Assembly (NCBI GenBank): GCA_035632375.1
Contig: DASQGY010000037.1
Location: 5,610 to 69,609, forward strand
Source of the DNA: Bryobacteraceae bacterium
GTDB lineage: Bacteria > Acidobacteriota > Terriglobia > Bryobacterales > Bryobacteraceae
Direction of reading: 5' to 3'
Length of the DNA stretch: 64,000 nucleotides
Shown here: positions 45,696-56,235 of the stretch, in pieces
Numbering within the stretch: the first letter of the stretch is position 1
Layout: every line of letters begins with the position of its first letter
Translations under genes and position numbers: made by a program
The notes under the pieces: model-generated
Seen by the model: the letters and a program-made list of their open reading frames with translations, nothing else
Databases searched by the model: none
What the model was told of the DNA's origin: nothing

Positions 45696-46541
45696 CTACC
45701 TCGCCGCCTTCTGCTTCCTGCCCACCGCCTTCTGTTTCGGCGCTTCGGCCTCCAACCCGGCCTCGGAAGCTGCCGGCTTCTTGGCGATCGCCAGGCTCTT
45801 CTTCAACGCCTCCATGATGTCGATCACTTTGGCCGGCTCGGCATGTGGCGGCGTCACCACTTCCTGACCCTTGATCTTGGCATCGATCATGGCTTGCAGG
45901 TTCTCGCGATAAGTGTCCTTGTACTTCTCGGGTTCAAAGGGAGCGGCCAGCGATTCCACCAACATCTCCGCCAGCTTCACTTCCTGGTCCTTCACCAGGC
46001 TGGTGTCCGTGCGGAATTCCTCCACCTTGCGCACTTCATGCGCGAAGTACATGGTATGCATCATCAGCCCGTTGGACCCCGGCCGGAAGATGACGATGTG
46101 CTCGCGATTGTGCATGGCGATCTTAGCCACGCCCACGTAGCCGGTTCGCTTCAGGGTGTTGAAGAGCAGCGCGTACGGTTTTTCGCCCGCATCGTCCGGC
46201 GCCATGTAGAAGGAGCTTTCGAAATAGACGGGATCCACTTCAGTGGACTTGACGAACTCCAGGATCTCCATCACCCTCGCCGACGGCGGCGCCATCTTCT
46301 TGATTTCCTCGTCCTCGATGACGACGTAGCGGTCCTTTTCGTATTCGTAGCCCTTCACGATTTCGCTGCGCGGGACGGGCTTATCCTCGGCCTGGCAGTA
46401 GATCACCTGCTTAATGCGCGAGTTGTCCGTCTTGTGTAGCTGGTTAAAGCTGATGCTATCGCCGCGCGCGGCGGTGAACAGCTTGACGGGAAACGAAACG
46501 AGACCGAAAGTGAGGTGCCCTTTCCATACTGTAGAGGCCAT
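45696..46541 (-). CDS. ku: Ku protein (bacterial NHEJ)
   Basis: Canonical N-terminus WKGHLTFGLVSFPVKLFTAARGDSISFNQLH, the Ku core, and a Lys-rich C-terminal tail. Confidence 0.95.
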   Translation of the reverse strand: MASTVWKGHLTFGLVSFPVKLFTAARGDSISFNQLHKTDNSRIKQVIYCQAEDKPVPRSEIVKGYEYEKDRYVVIEDEEIKKMAPPSARVMEILEFVKSTEVDPVYFESSFYMAPDDAGEKPYALLFNTLKRTGYVGVAKIAMHNREHIVIFRPGSNGLMMHTMYFAHEVRKVEEFRTDTSLVKDQEVKLAEMLVESLAAPFEPEKYKDTYRENLQAMIDAKIKGQEVVTPPHAEPAKVIDIMEALKKSLAIAKKPAASEAGLEAEAPKQKAVGRKQKAAR

Positions 46542-46651
46542 GGCGACAATCTCCGATGTTAATCCTATATAGCACGATCGTCAAACATTTTCAATAGGGA
46601 ACGTTTCTAGGGCTCTGGACCCCCGCCGCCGCGCGCTATGATGGCCTCACC

Positions 46652-47473
46652 ATGTCCAGCGCAGCCGATCCCATCGAACGAATCCAGTGCCAGTGGTGCC
46701 AAGGCATGAACGAAAAGACGGCTCTCACCTGCCGGGCCTGTGGCGCGCCGCTGGACATCCGCAATCTGGTGAGCGAGTCGGGCTGGCGGGAAGCGCCGCG
46801 CATCAAGGACATGACCGAGTTTCAGTTCAGCTCCAGCACCTGCCAGGTGGAGGGCGAGATCGTGCCGGTAGCTGAAATCAACCTGGGGGCGGGCGACTCG
46901 ATTTACTTCGAGCACCACATCATGCTGTGGAAGGACGACACGGTGCCTCTTACAGTGCTGCAGTTGCCTGGCGGCATGAAGCGTGCTTTCGCCGGAATGC
47001 CGTTCATCATCAGCGTCGCCACAGGGCCGGGCCGGATTGCCTTTTCGCGCGACGCTACAGGCGAGCTGGTGGTTCTGCCGCTGCATCCGGGCATGGAACT
47101 GGATGTGCGCGAGCACGCCTTCCTGCTGGCATCGCACCAGATCAATTATTCGTTCGTGCGTATCAAAGGACTGGCCAACATCATTTTCGGCGGCCAGGGC
47201 ATGTTCATGGATCGCTTTGTCACCACGAATACTCCGGGACTGTTGATTCTGCATGGCTACGGAAATGTCTTCGAGCGTGTGCTGAAGGCGGGCGAAAGCA
47301 TCATGGTGGAGCCGGGCGCGTTCTTGTACAAAGACTCGTCGGTGACCATGCAGGTGGAATTCCAAAAGCTGGGGACGGGATTCTTCGGCGGCACGAACAT
47401 GAGTTTGGCCAGGATGACGGGGCCGGGACGCGTGGGCATACAGTCGATGTACGTCCATCACCGCACGGAATAG
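46652..47473 (+). CDS. AIM24-family (DUF124/TIGR00266-like) protein with N-terminal zinc ribbon
   Basis: CQWCQGMNEKTALTCRACG ribbon, then an AIM24-like beta-sandwich pattern (VEGEIVPVAEINLGAGDSIYFEHHIMLW...GPGRIAFSRDATGELVVLPL...GQGMFMDRF...GPGRVGIQSM). Confidence 0.75.
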   Translation: MSSAADPIERIQCQWCQGMNEKTALTCRACGAPLDIRNLVSESGWREAPRIKDMTEFQFSSSTCQVEGEIVPVAEINLGAGDSIYFEHHIMLWKDDTVPLTVLQLPGGMKRAFAGMPFIISVATGPGRIAFSRDATGELVVLPLHPGMELDVREHAFLLASHQINYSFVRIKGLANIIFGGQGMFMDRFVTTNTPGLLILHGYGNVFERVLKAGESIMVEPGAFLYKDSSVTMQVEFQKLGTGFFGGTNMSLARMTGPGRVGIQSMYVHHRTE

Positions 47474-47487
47474 GGCGAGGCGAATCC

Positions 47488-48516
47488 ATGTTCTGTACAC
47501 ACTGTGGCGCGGGGATGCAAGAGACGGCGGCGTTTTGCGGCGCTTGCGGGACGAGGGTGAAACGCAGCGATCCCGCTCCGGCTCCCGCTCCGCCACCGGT
47601 TGCCGCTGTGCCCGTGGTCCAAGCGCCGCCGCCTTCCGGAAAGCAAGCCAACTGCAACTGGTGCGGCGCGGCGGTGGACGCGGCCCAGTTGAGCTGCCCC
47701 CGTTGCGGTGCGACACTGAAATCCAAATCCATCAGCACCGAATCTGGTTGGGCCAAGCTTCCCGGCCGCCGCGACATGGCCAAGCTTCAGTTCGGCGACT
47801 CCTTCTGCCAGATCGAAGGTCTCTATGTGCCGGTGGCCGACGTGAATCTCGCTGGTGCGGATAGCGTCTACTTTGCGCACCATGTCCTGCTGTGGAAGGA
47901 TCCGCAGGTGCCCATCACAACTCTGCCGCTGAGTGGCGGCTGGAAGCGGATGTTCGCGGGGCTCCCGTTGATCATGACTCAGGCGCACGGTCCGGGCCAC
48001 ATCGCTTTCTCGCGCGACGCTCCAGGGGAGATGATTGCGCTGCCCATTCAGCCCGGCCAGATAGTGGATGTTCGTGAGCATCTGTTCATGGTGGCCACCG
48101 GCAACGTCGCCTATGATTGGTTCTCGACGAACATCTGGTTCACCACGCAGTCCGGCAACGATCGCGAGACGCACTACCCCGTGGGAATGTTCATGGATCG
48201 GTTCACTGCGCCACAATCGCCGGGGCTGCTGTTGTTGCACGCCGCCGGCAATGTATTCGTACGTGAGCTGGCTGCGAATCAGACGATTCTGGTGAAACCG
48301 ACGGCGCTGATCTTCAAAGACCCCGCAGTCCAGATGCAGTTGCATTTCGAACGTCCGCGGACCGGGTTCAGTCTCTGGGGCTCCTGGGCGAATAAGTACA
48401 TGTGGCTGCGCGTGTGGGGGCCGGGCCGCGTGGCGGTGCAGTCCGTGTTCGAGCCGCTGGAAGGCGAGAATCGGAATATTTATAGTTGCTCTTCGGCCAC
48501 GGAGCGGCAATGGTAG
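47488..48516 (+). CDS. AIM24-family protein with two N-terminal zinc ribbons and a Pro/Ala linker (paralogue of the upstream gene)
   Basis: Starts at the ATG at 47488 ([21 protein letters not shown] ... [19 protein letters not shown]). The body is collinear with the upstream paralogue ([28 protein letters not shown]...[20 protein letters not shown]...[10 protein letters not shown]). The track's longer ORF (from 46927) overlaps the upstream gene out of frame. Confidence 0.75.
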   Translation: MFCTHCGAGMQETAAFCGACGTRVKRSDPAPAPAPPPVAAVPVVQAPPPSGKQANCNWCGAAVDAAQLSCPRCGATLKSKSISTESGWAKLPGRRDMAKLQFGDSFCQIEGLYVPVADVNLAGADSVYFAHHVLLWKDPQVPITTLPLSGGWKRMFAGLPLIMTQAHGPGHIAFSRDAPGEMIALPIQPGQIVDVREHLFMVATGNVAYDWFSTNIWFTTQSGNDRETHYPVGMFMDRFTAPQSPGLLLLHAAGNVFVRELAANQTILVKPTALIFKDPAVQMQLHFERPRTGFSLWGSWANKYMWLRVWGPGRVAVQSVFEPLEGENRNIYSCSSATERQW

Positions 48517-48577
48517 CAGCGGCCGGGTTACGCGTGCTAATCTTCGAGAGGCAGTTCAAAATCCGGTGGGAGGAAAT

Positions 48578-49120
48578 ATGAAAGCCATCCGCGCGCTAGC
48601 GGCGTGTTCTCTCGTGGTGGCCGCTCTGTCGGCCCAGCAAATCACGCCTCCGAAAACTACGCTGAAAGTCGGCGACCAGGCTCCCGACTTCACGCTTCCC
48701 GACAGCTCCAGAAAGCCGGTGAAGCTTTCCGATTTTCGCGGCAAGAAGGTCGTGATCCTGGCCTTCTTTCCGGCGGCATTCAGCGGTGGTTGAACGAAGG
48801 AACTAACCGCATACCAGTCTGGTATTGCAAAGTTCGATGCGATGGATGCTCAGGTTATTGGTGTCAGCACGGATTCCACGTTTGTTCTCGACCACTGGAA
48901 GAAGGAATTGAACGCCAGTTATATGCTGCTTAGCGACCATCAGCGGACGGTCTCCGAGCAGTATGGCGTGCTGATCACACAAGTGGGCATGTCCAACCGG
49001 GCTACGTTTGTGATCGACAAGGACGGCAAGATCGCATCCATTGAGGAAGGCGGCAGTGCTATCGATCCCAACGGGGCGGAGACGGCGTGTAGCCGGTTGG
49101 CGCATAAAAAGGCGGAGTAG
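48578..49120 (+). CDS. Secreted AhpE/BCP-like peroxiredoxin with in-frame TGA (putative selenocysteine) at the peroxidatic Cys position
   Basis: Track ORFs 48566-48793 and 48842-49120 are in the same frame, separated only by TGA 48791-48793, with no other stop. The joined sequence reads ...[11 protein letters not shown]...[16 protein letters not shown][TGA]TKELTAYQ...VIGVSTDS...[12 protein letters not shown]. This is the Prx PxxxTxxC active-site context with TGA where Cys is expected. RBS GGGAGGAAAT precedes the ATG at 48578. Confidence 0.75.
48800..48835 (+). promoter_or_regulatory. Candidate bacterial SECIS stem-loop downstream of the UGA
   Basis: Lower stem GAAC (48800-48803) pairs with GUUC (48832-48835). 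Upper stem GCAUACCA (48809-16) pairs with UGGUAU-U-GC (48820-28, one bulged U). The small apical loop contains GU (48817-18), about 24 nt after the UGA, within the spacing described for bSECIS elements. Confidence 0.5.
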
Positions 49121-49162
49121 GGCGCCGGAATCCGTGTCTTCATTACCGTGGTAATATAAGAC

Positions 49163-49426
49163 ATGGCGATTGCGCAATCGAAGATTACCTCGCAGGGCCA
49201 GATCTCCGTTCCAGCCGATGTACGGCGGAAGCTAGGAGTTGGCCCTGGTTCTGTTTTGGAGTGGCAAGAAGAAGAGGGCAAGATCGTCGTCCGCCGCGCG
49301 GGGAAGTACACTTTCGAGGACATCCATCGCGCGTTGTTTGGCACTAAGAAGCCAAAACCGATCACTGTGGAACAGATGGACGAGGCTATCGCAAAATACA
49401 TTCGCGAGAAGCATGGTCGCCGTTGA
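49163..49426 (+). CDS. vapB: AbrB/MazE/SpoVT-family antitoxin (VapB-like)
   Basis: SpoVT/AbrB swapped-hairpin motif ITSQGQISVPADVRRKLGVGPGSVLEW. 87 aa, overlapping the downstream PIN gene by 14 nt. Confidence 0.8.
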   Translation: MAIAQSKITSQGQISVPADVRRKLGVGPGSVLEWQEEEGKIVVRRAGKYTFEDIHRALFGTKKPKPITVEQMDEAIAKYIREKHGRR

Positions 49427-49793
49427 TACCAATGTTCTCGTCCGCCTGGTATTGCGCGACGACCTGAGTCAAACCCAGGCAGCCCAGCGATTCATCGCAA
49501 ACGGGTGCTGGGCTTCCATACTTGCGATCGCGGAGACCGTCTGGGTCCTGCAGTCCTATTACGGCTTCACCTGGCAGCAAATCGTTACGGCGCTGGACAT
49601 GCTGGTTAACAACCAGCAACTTGTGATTGAGAATTCAGAAGCTGTCTCCGATGCCCTGGAACTATTACGATCCAAGCCGACGCTTGGGTTCGTCGATTGC
49701 CTGATGATCGAGCTTGCTCGCAAAGCAGGCCATCTACCATTCGGCACTTTCGATCGCGCCCTCGCCAAGGTCCATGGAGCGACCCGGCTCTAG
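49413..49793 (+). CDS. vapC: PIN-domain toxin (VapC-like)
   Basis: Starts at the ATG at 49413: MVAVDTNVLVRLVLRDD (first acidic PIN residue). Later ...IAETVWVL..., ...GFVDCLMIELA... and a C-terminal FDR. 126 aa. Confidence 0.85.
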   Translation: MVAVDTNVLVRLVLRDDLSQTQAAQRFIANGCWASILAIAETVWVLQSYYGFTWQQIVTALDMLVNNQQLVIENSEAVSDALELLRSKPTLGFVDCLMIELARKAGHLPFGTFDRALAKVHGATRL

Positions 49794-49796
49794 GAC

Positions 49797-51295
49797 TTAA
49801 TCCGCCGCCTTGTTCGCCGTACTCGCCGGCTTCCAACGCACCACCGGTTTGCGCGCGGCTGTTACTTCATCCACGCGGCTGGTTCTGGTGTTGTGCGGGG
49901 CCTTCAGGACGAACTCGGGATTGTCCTCGATTTCCTTGGCGATCGAAATCATCGCGTCGACGAACAGGTCCAGTTCGGCCTTGCTCTCCGTTTCCGTCGG
50001 CTCGATCATCATCGCGCCGTGCACGATCAGCGGAAAGCTGACGGTGTAAGGATGGAAACCGTAATCGATCAGACGCTTGGCGATATCGCCGGTGTGGACT
50101 CCGCGCTTGGCTTGGCGGGAGTCGCTGAAGACGCACTCGTGCATGGTGGGCGCCTGGTGAGGCAACTCGTAGTGGGGCGCCATCAGCGCGCGGATGTAAG
50201 TGGCGTTCAGTACCGCGTCCATGGTCGCGTTGCGCAATCCGGCGCCGCCGTGCGCCATGATGTATGCCAGCGCGCGAATGTGCATGCCGATGTTGCCGTA
50301 GTAAGCCCGCACGCGGCCCAGTGACTGCGGCAGGTCGTAATTCCAAGTCCACTGGCCGGCGGCGCGCTGCAGGCGGGGCTTCGGCAGAAACGGAATGATG
50401 TGCTTCTTTACCGCCACAGGGCCCGATCCCGGGCCACCGCCGCCGTGTGGCGTTGAAAATGTTTTGTGCAGATTCAGGTGCATCACGTCGATACCGAAAT
50501 CGCCCGGCCGCGCGATGCCCACCAGCGCGTTCATGTTCGCGCCGTCCATGTAGACCATCGCACCCTTAGCGTGCAGGATTTCGGCGATGCGCGTGATGTT
50601 CTCTTCGAAAACGCCCAGCGTGTTGGGATTGGTGATCATCAGCGCAGCAACATCGTCGTTCACCGCGCGCGCCAGCGATTCCACGTCCACCATGCCGCGC
50701 TCGTTGGACTTGATGTTTTCCACCGCGTAGCCGGCCATGGTCGCAGTAGCGGGATTCGTTCCATGCGCCGAATCCGGGATCAGCAGTTTCTTGCGCGCAT
50801 TGCCGCGGGATTCGAGCAGCGCGCGGATCAGCAGGATGCCGGTGAACTCGCCGTGCGCGCCCGCGGCCGGCTGCAGCGTCACCGCGTCCATTCCGGTGAT
50901 TTCCGCCAGGATGGTCTCCAGCGTACCCATCACTTCCAGGATTCCCTGCGAGAGCGATTCCGGCTGATAGGGATGCGCCCAAGCCAAGCCTTCGATACGG
51001 GCCACCTGCTCATTGACGCGCGGGTTGTATTTCATGGTGCAGGATCCGAGCGGATAGAGGCCCAGGTCGATGGCGTAATTGTGCGTCGAGAGGCGGGTGA
51101 AATGGCGGATGGCCTCCACCTCGCTCACTTCGGGAAAATTCTCGATCTCCTGCCGGGTGTTCTGCGCGCCCAGAGCGGCCGCGGCGTCCACCTTCGGTAC
51201 GTCCAACGGAGGCAACTGGTAACCGCGCTTTCCGGGAGAGCTGTTCTCAAACAGCAGCGGCTCGTTCTGATTGATGTGCGGGCGAACTTTTTTGA

Positions 51296-51299
<4 letters not shown>
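49797..51299 (-). CDS. gcvPB: Glycine dehydrogenase (decarboxylating) subunit 2
   Basis: 500 aa. Contains the PLP-Lys region [18 protein letters not shown] and the family N-terminus [18 protein letters not shown]. Confidence 0.96.
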
Positions 51300-52612
<1,313 letters not shown>

Positions 52613-52623
52613 GGGTTATTGTC

Positions 52624-53016
52624 TCAGTGCCCGGACCCCTCCGCTCCGACATAGCTTTGATAGTCTTCCGCGGAGAGTAGGTTCTTAATTTCCTCGGGTG
52701 CGGACAACTTGATCTTAGCAAGCCAGGCGTCGCCATGAGGATCTGCGTTGAGTTTTTCGGGCGCCGTAGTCAGCGCGTCGTTCACCGCCACCACCTCGCC
52801 GGAAACAGGCGCATAGATGTCGGAAACGGCCTTCACCGATTCCACCGACCCCAACGCCTTGCCCTGCTCCACTTGCGCGCCCACCTTCGGAAGATCGACG
52901 TAGACTATGTCGCCGAGTTCTTCCTGCGCATGGTGCGTGATTCCCACCACGCCGGTGTCGCCCTCAACCCGCACCCACTCATGTTCTTTGGTGTAACGAA
53001 AATTTGCTGGATACAT
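52624..53016 (-). CDS. gcvH: Glycine cleavage system H protein
   Basis: YTKEHEWVRVEG..., with the lipoyl-Lys motif SVESVKAVSDIYAPVSGEV. Confidence 0.96.
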   Translation of the reverse strand: MYPANFRYTKEHEWVRVEGDTGVVGITHHAQEELGDIVYVDLPKVGAQVEQGKALGSVESVKAVSDIYAPVSGEVVAVNDALTTAPEKLNADPHGDAWLAKIKLSAPEEIKNLLSAEDYQSYVGAEGSGH

Positions 53017-54122
53017 TTATTTCGCTCGTTTGTAGAATGGCGTCGGAACCGTGATCGCTTCCACCGGCTGATTGCGGATCATGATCTGAATCTGCTGGCC
53101 CGGCTTCGCCCGATCGGATGGAAGATAACACAGTCCGATGTTCTTGTTTAACGTCGGAGACGGCCCGCCGCTGGTCACCCAGCCTGCCGCGGAGCCATCC
53201 AGGAAAACCTCGTAGCCATCGCGCCCAATGCCGCGGCCCGTCATTTCGAAGCCCACCAGCTTGCGCGTCACTCCCTGTTCCTTCTGTTTCGCCAGCGCTG
53301 CCCTCCCGATAAAATCGCCTTTGTCCAGTTTGACGATCCAGGCCAGATCGGCTTCATACGGCGTGATGGACGCGTGAATCTCGTGGCCATAGAGCGCCAT
53401 CTTCGATTCCAGCCGCAGCGTGTTGCGCGCTCCCAGCCCGCAAGGCTTGATGCCGAACTCCGCGCCCGCGTCCAATATCTCGTTCCAGATGCGCTCCGCT
53501 TCTTCCGGTGCGACGTAAATCTCGAAGCCGTCTTCGCCGGTATATCCGGTGCGCGCAATCCGCGCCGGAGTCCCCGATACCACGCCATCGGTGAAGTGAT
53601 AATACTGGATCGGCGTCAAATCCGTCTTGGTCAGCTTTTGCAGCGTAGCCGGGCCCTTCGGCCCCTGAATCGCCAATTGCGCGTAACGTTCGCTGGCAAA
53701 CTCCACTTTGGCGTTGTGCTTGTTCGCCGCGGCGATGTGCTCGAAATCCTTTTCCTGGTTCGAAGCATTGACGCAGATGAAGTAGTGGTCATCAGCTACC
53801 TTGTGCACCAGGATGTCGTCCACGAAGCCGCCATGTTCATACAGCAGCCCGGAATACTGCGCTTGGCCGATCTTCAGCTTCGCGGCCGCGTTGGTGGTTA
53901 CGTGCTCCGTCAGCGCCAGCGCGTCCGGCCCATGGATCTCGATTTCGCCCATGTGGCTGACGTCGAACAGTCCGACATTCTTGCGCACCCGTGATGCTCG
54001 TCGAGGATGCCCGAATACTGGACCGGCATATCCCAGCCGCCGAAGTCCACCATCTTGGCCCCCAGCTTGCGATGCGCGGCGTTCAGGGGAGTGGTTTTGA
54101 GCGCGGCGCTGGATTGAGTCAT
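53017..54122 (-). pseudogene. gcvT: Glycine cleavage system T protein (aminomethyltransferase) with an apparent 1-nt frameshift near 53988-53990
   Basis: The N-terminal 44 codons ([47 protein letters not shown] at complement 54120-54122 after AGGAG) are in one frame. The rest ([20 protein letters not shown]... to 53017) is in another frame. The switch falls at a GGG run (minus strand); a GGGG there would give ...[19 protein letters not shown], matching the E. coli context DEHHAVR...GMFDVSHM. Confidence 0.85.
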
Positions 54123-54156
54123 GCGGACTCCTATTCTATCAGCCGTGCGAGCCCGC

Positions 54157-54510
54157 TCACGGCGTGACAGCGAAACTCCGTACCGCGGAGTCCTCATCGG
54201 TGAACACTTCGATCACCCGGTAGACCTTGGTGAGCTGCACCACGTCCTGCACCCGCTGCGTCAACTTCATCAGCTTCAGCCTGCCTCCGCTCCGGATCGC
54301 GGTAGTATGTGCCGCTACCAGTTCGCCCAGGCCGCTGCTATCCAGGTAGACCACCTCCGCCATGTTTAGCAGGATATTCTTCTTCCCGGACTCCAGCGTG
54401 TCGTGGATCAGCTTACGGAATTTCTGGGTGCCGACACCCAACGTGATGGAGCCCGACAAGTGCAGCACGTGTACGTCGCCGACGTCCCAGTCGAAGAATT
54501 CCAGGCCCAT
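54157..54510 (-). CDS. STAS-domain protein (anti-sigma-factor antagonist, SpoIIAA-like)
   Basis: [25 protein letters not shown]..., with the phosphorylatable-Ser context [13 protein letters not shown] and ...[19 protein letters not shown]. Start taken at Met7 of the track ORF. Confidence 0.8.
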   Translation of the reverse strand: MGLEFFDWDVGDVHVLHLSGSITLGVGTQKFRKLIHDTLESGKKNILLNMAEVVYLDSSGLGELVAAHTTAIRSGGRLKLMKLTQRVQDVVQLTKVYRVIEVFTDEDSAVRSFAVTP

Positions 54511-54561
54511 AGCAGAATTGTGGCACACACCGTTCCAGGGGCGACCGGTAAAGCTCTAGGT

Positions 54562-56235
54562 CTAGTGCGCGTTTGCGATTAGACCTTCCACTTCGGGGTC
54601 ACTGCCATAATAGTCTTTCATAATGGGAAAGTAGACGTACATGGTCGAGCGTCCTTCGATCGCTCGCTTAGCCCAGACCAACAACTGCCCGCGATCGTGC
54701 AAAGCGGTACAAAGCTCCATCGCGAATATTGGCTCGACATGTTGTTTGGCCCTGAGGCTCTCTAATCGCGCCAAGGTCTGTTCCGCCTCGGCGCGCCGGC
54801 CCTCCCGTGCTGCAGCCGTGCCGAAGAATGCAATGAAAGTGGGCACTTCGGGCATTCCCTTCAGGCTGTCTTTCAGGGTTTCCACCACGTGGTGGGCGGA
54901 AGATATGTCGCCCTTGTGGTAGTACGCCTCGGCTTGGAAGTAGAGGAGCAGAGGATGGTTTGGAAAGAGCTCGAGTGATTTCTGCAAGTGACGCAGAGCT
55001 TCATCAAACTGATGGGCCAGCAACAGTTCGTTGCCGATGTCCCAATGAATCGCCACGGATAGGGGGTCGAGATCCAGAGCTGCACGCATCTCTTTCATGG
55101 CTTCCGGCAAGCGATTCTGGGCCTCGAGCGAGTGTGCATACCAGTGATGCCCCCAGCCCGAGCCGGGATTCAGTTGCATGGCTCGTTGAAACTCGCGTTG
55201 TGCGCCCTCCCGGTCCCATTCATAGTCCATCTTCACGATGCCCCGTGAGATATGACCTTCACCCAGGTTGTCGTCCAGGGCGACGGCCTTCTCGGCGGCT
55301 TCCTTCGCTTTGGGCATGACTTCCTGCGGCGCGACGATGAAACTCTCGCCCAGATACGCGTAAGCGTCGGCCAGTCCGGCGTAAGCGAGAGCGAATTTCG
55401 GATCGCGATCGATGGCCTGTTTGTAGTGTTCGATGGCGCGATTGTAGGAATCGGGCGGCAAGTGCTGGTTGAAGAAGTAGCGGCCTTCCTGATAAGACCG
55501 GTAGGCCTCAAGATTCGTAGTCGGTTCGCGATGGGGAACCTGGCCGGCGCGCAACTGGTCGGCGATGGATTGCGAGATCTCCCGTTGCACCCTGAAGATG
55601 TCGCGAAGTTGGCGGTCGAAGGTGCGCGACCAAAGGTGGGTGCCGTCGGAGACGCGGTTGAGCTGGGCGGTGATGCGAAGCTGGTCGCCATCCTTGCGCA
55701 CGCTGCCTTCGAGGACTGAGTTGACGTTCAACTGCTGGCCGATCTGCCGGATGTCGTTGTTCTTGCCCTTAAAAGCGAAGGCAGAAGTGCGGGCCACCAC
55801 GCGCAGGTTGGGGACGCGGCTGAGCGCGTCGATGATTTCTTCGGTGAGGCCGTCGCTGAAGTAGTCCTGGTCTTTTTGCGGGCTCAAGTCGAGGAATGGA
55901 AGAACAACGACGGAGGAGACCGCTGGTGGCTTTGTCTGGAAGTTCCTCCAGAGAAGGAATCCGGCTGCGGCGAGGATCAGCAGGGCTGCAGCAATAAGGG
56001 CGGCGGACCGCCAAGGCGGCAGCGGAGCATCGGGGATGCTCTTGCGGCCCGAGCGCCAAGCGTCAAGCTCGGATTTGAAGGCGTAGACCGAGCCCTGACG
56101 GGCGTGCTGGTGCCGATGGATCGGTAAGCCCTCGTTCTTCTCCCAGAGCTGGACCGTGCGGGCCTCGCGGCCAAGGTAGGCGGCGATTTCCTTCCAGGAG
56201 TCGAGTCGACCGGCGCCTTCTGAGGAATCAGGCAT
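54562..56235 (-). CDS. HTH plus TM plus TolB_N-like plus TPR-repeat regulatory protein
   Basis: N-terminal DNA-binding-like segment RLDSWKEIAAYLGREARTVQLWEKNEGLPIHR, one TM helix, a TolB-N-like module (VVVLPFLDLSP...DYFSDGLTEEIIDALSRVPNLRVVARTSAF...VLEGSVRKDGDQLRITAQL), then TPR repeats. Confidence 0.7.
   Translation of the reverse strand: MPDSSEGAGRLDSWKEIAAYLGREARTVQLWEKNEGLPIHRHQHARQGSVYAFKSELDAWRSGRKSIPDAPLPPWRSAALIAAALLILAAAGFLLWRNFQTKPPAVSSVVVLPFLDLSPQKDQDYFSDGLTEEIIDALSRVPNLRVVARTSAFAFKGKNNDIRQIGQQLNVNSVLEGSVRKDGDQLRITAQLNRVSDGTHLWSRTFDRQLRDIFRVQREISQSIADQLRAGQVPHREPTTNLEAYRSYQEGRYFFNQHLPPDSYNRAIEHYKQAIDRDPKFALAYAGLADAYAYLGESFIVAPQEVMPKAKEAAEKAVALDDNLGEGHISRGIVKMDYEWDREGAQREFQRAMQLNPGSGWGHHWYAHSLEAQNRLPEAMKEMRAALDLDPLSVAIHWDIGNELLLAHQFDEALRHLQKSLELFPNHPLLLYFQAEAYYHKGDISSAHHVVETLKDSLKGMPEVPTFIAFFGTAAAREGRRAEAEQTLARLESLRAKQHVEPIFAMELCTALHDRGQLLVWAKRAIEGRSTMYVYFPIMKDYYGSDPEVEGLIANAH

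Noticed and set aside
48566-49120. Reading the peroxiredoxin as two separate small genes or as a nonsense-mutated pseudogene.
   Set aside because: The single interrupting codon is TGA, sits exactly at the catalytic Cys position, both halves are otherwise intact and in frame, and a SECIS-like hairpin follows. Selenocysteine is the more economical reading. A pseudogene cannot be excluded without knowing whether the sel genes exist.
54123-54156. Glycine riboswitch upstream of gcvT.
   Set aside because: Only 34 nt are available, and no aptamer-like conserved core is visible there.
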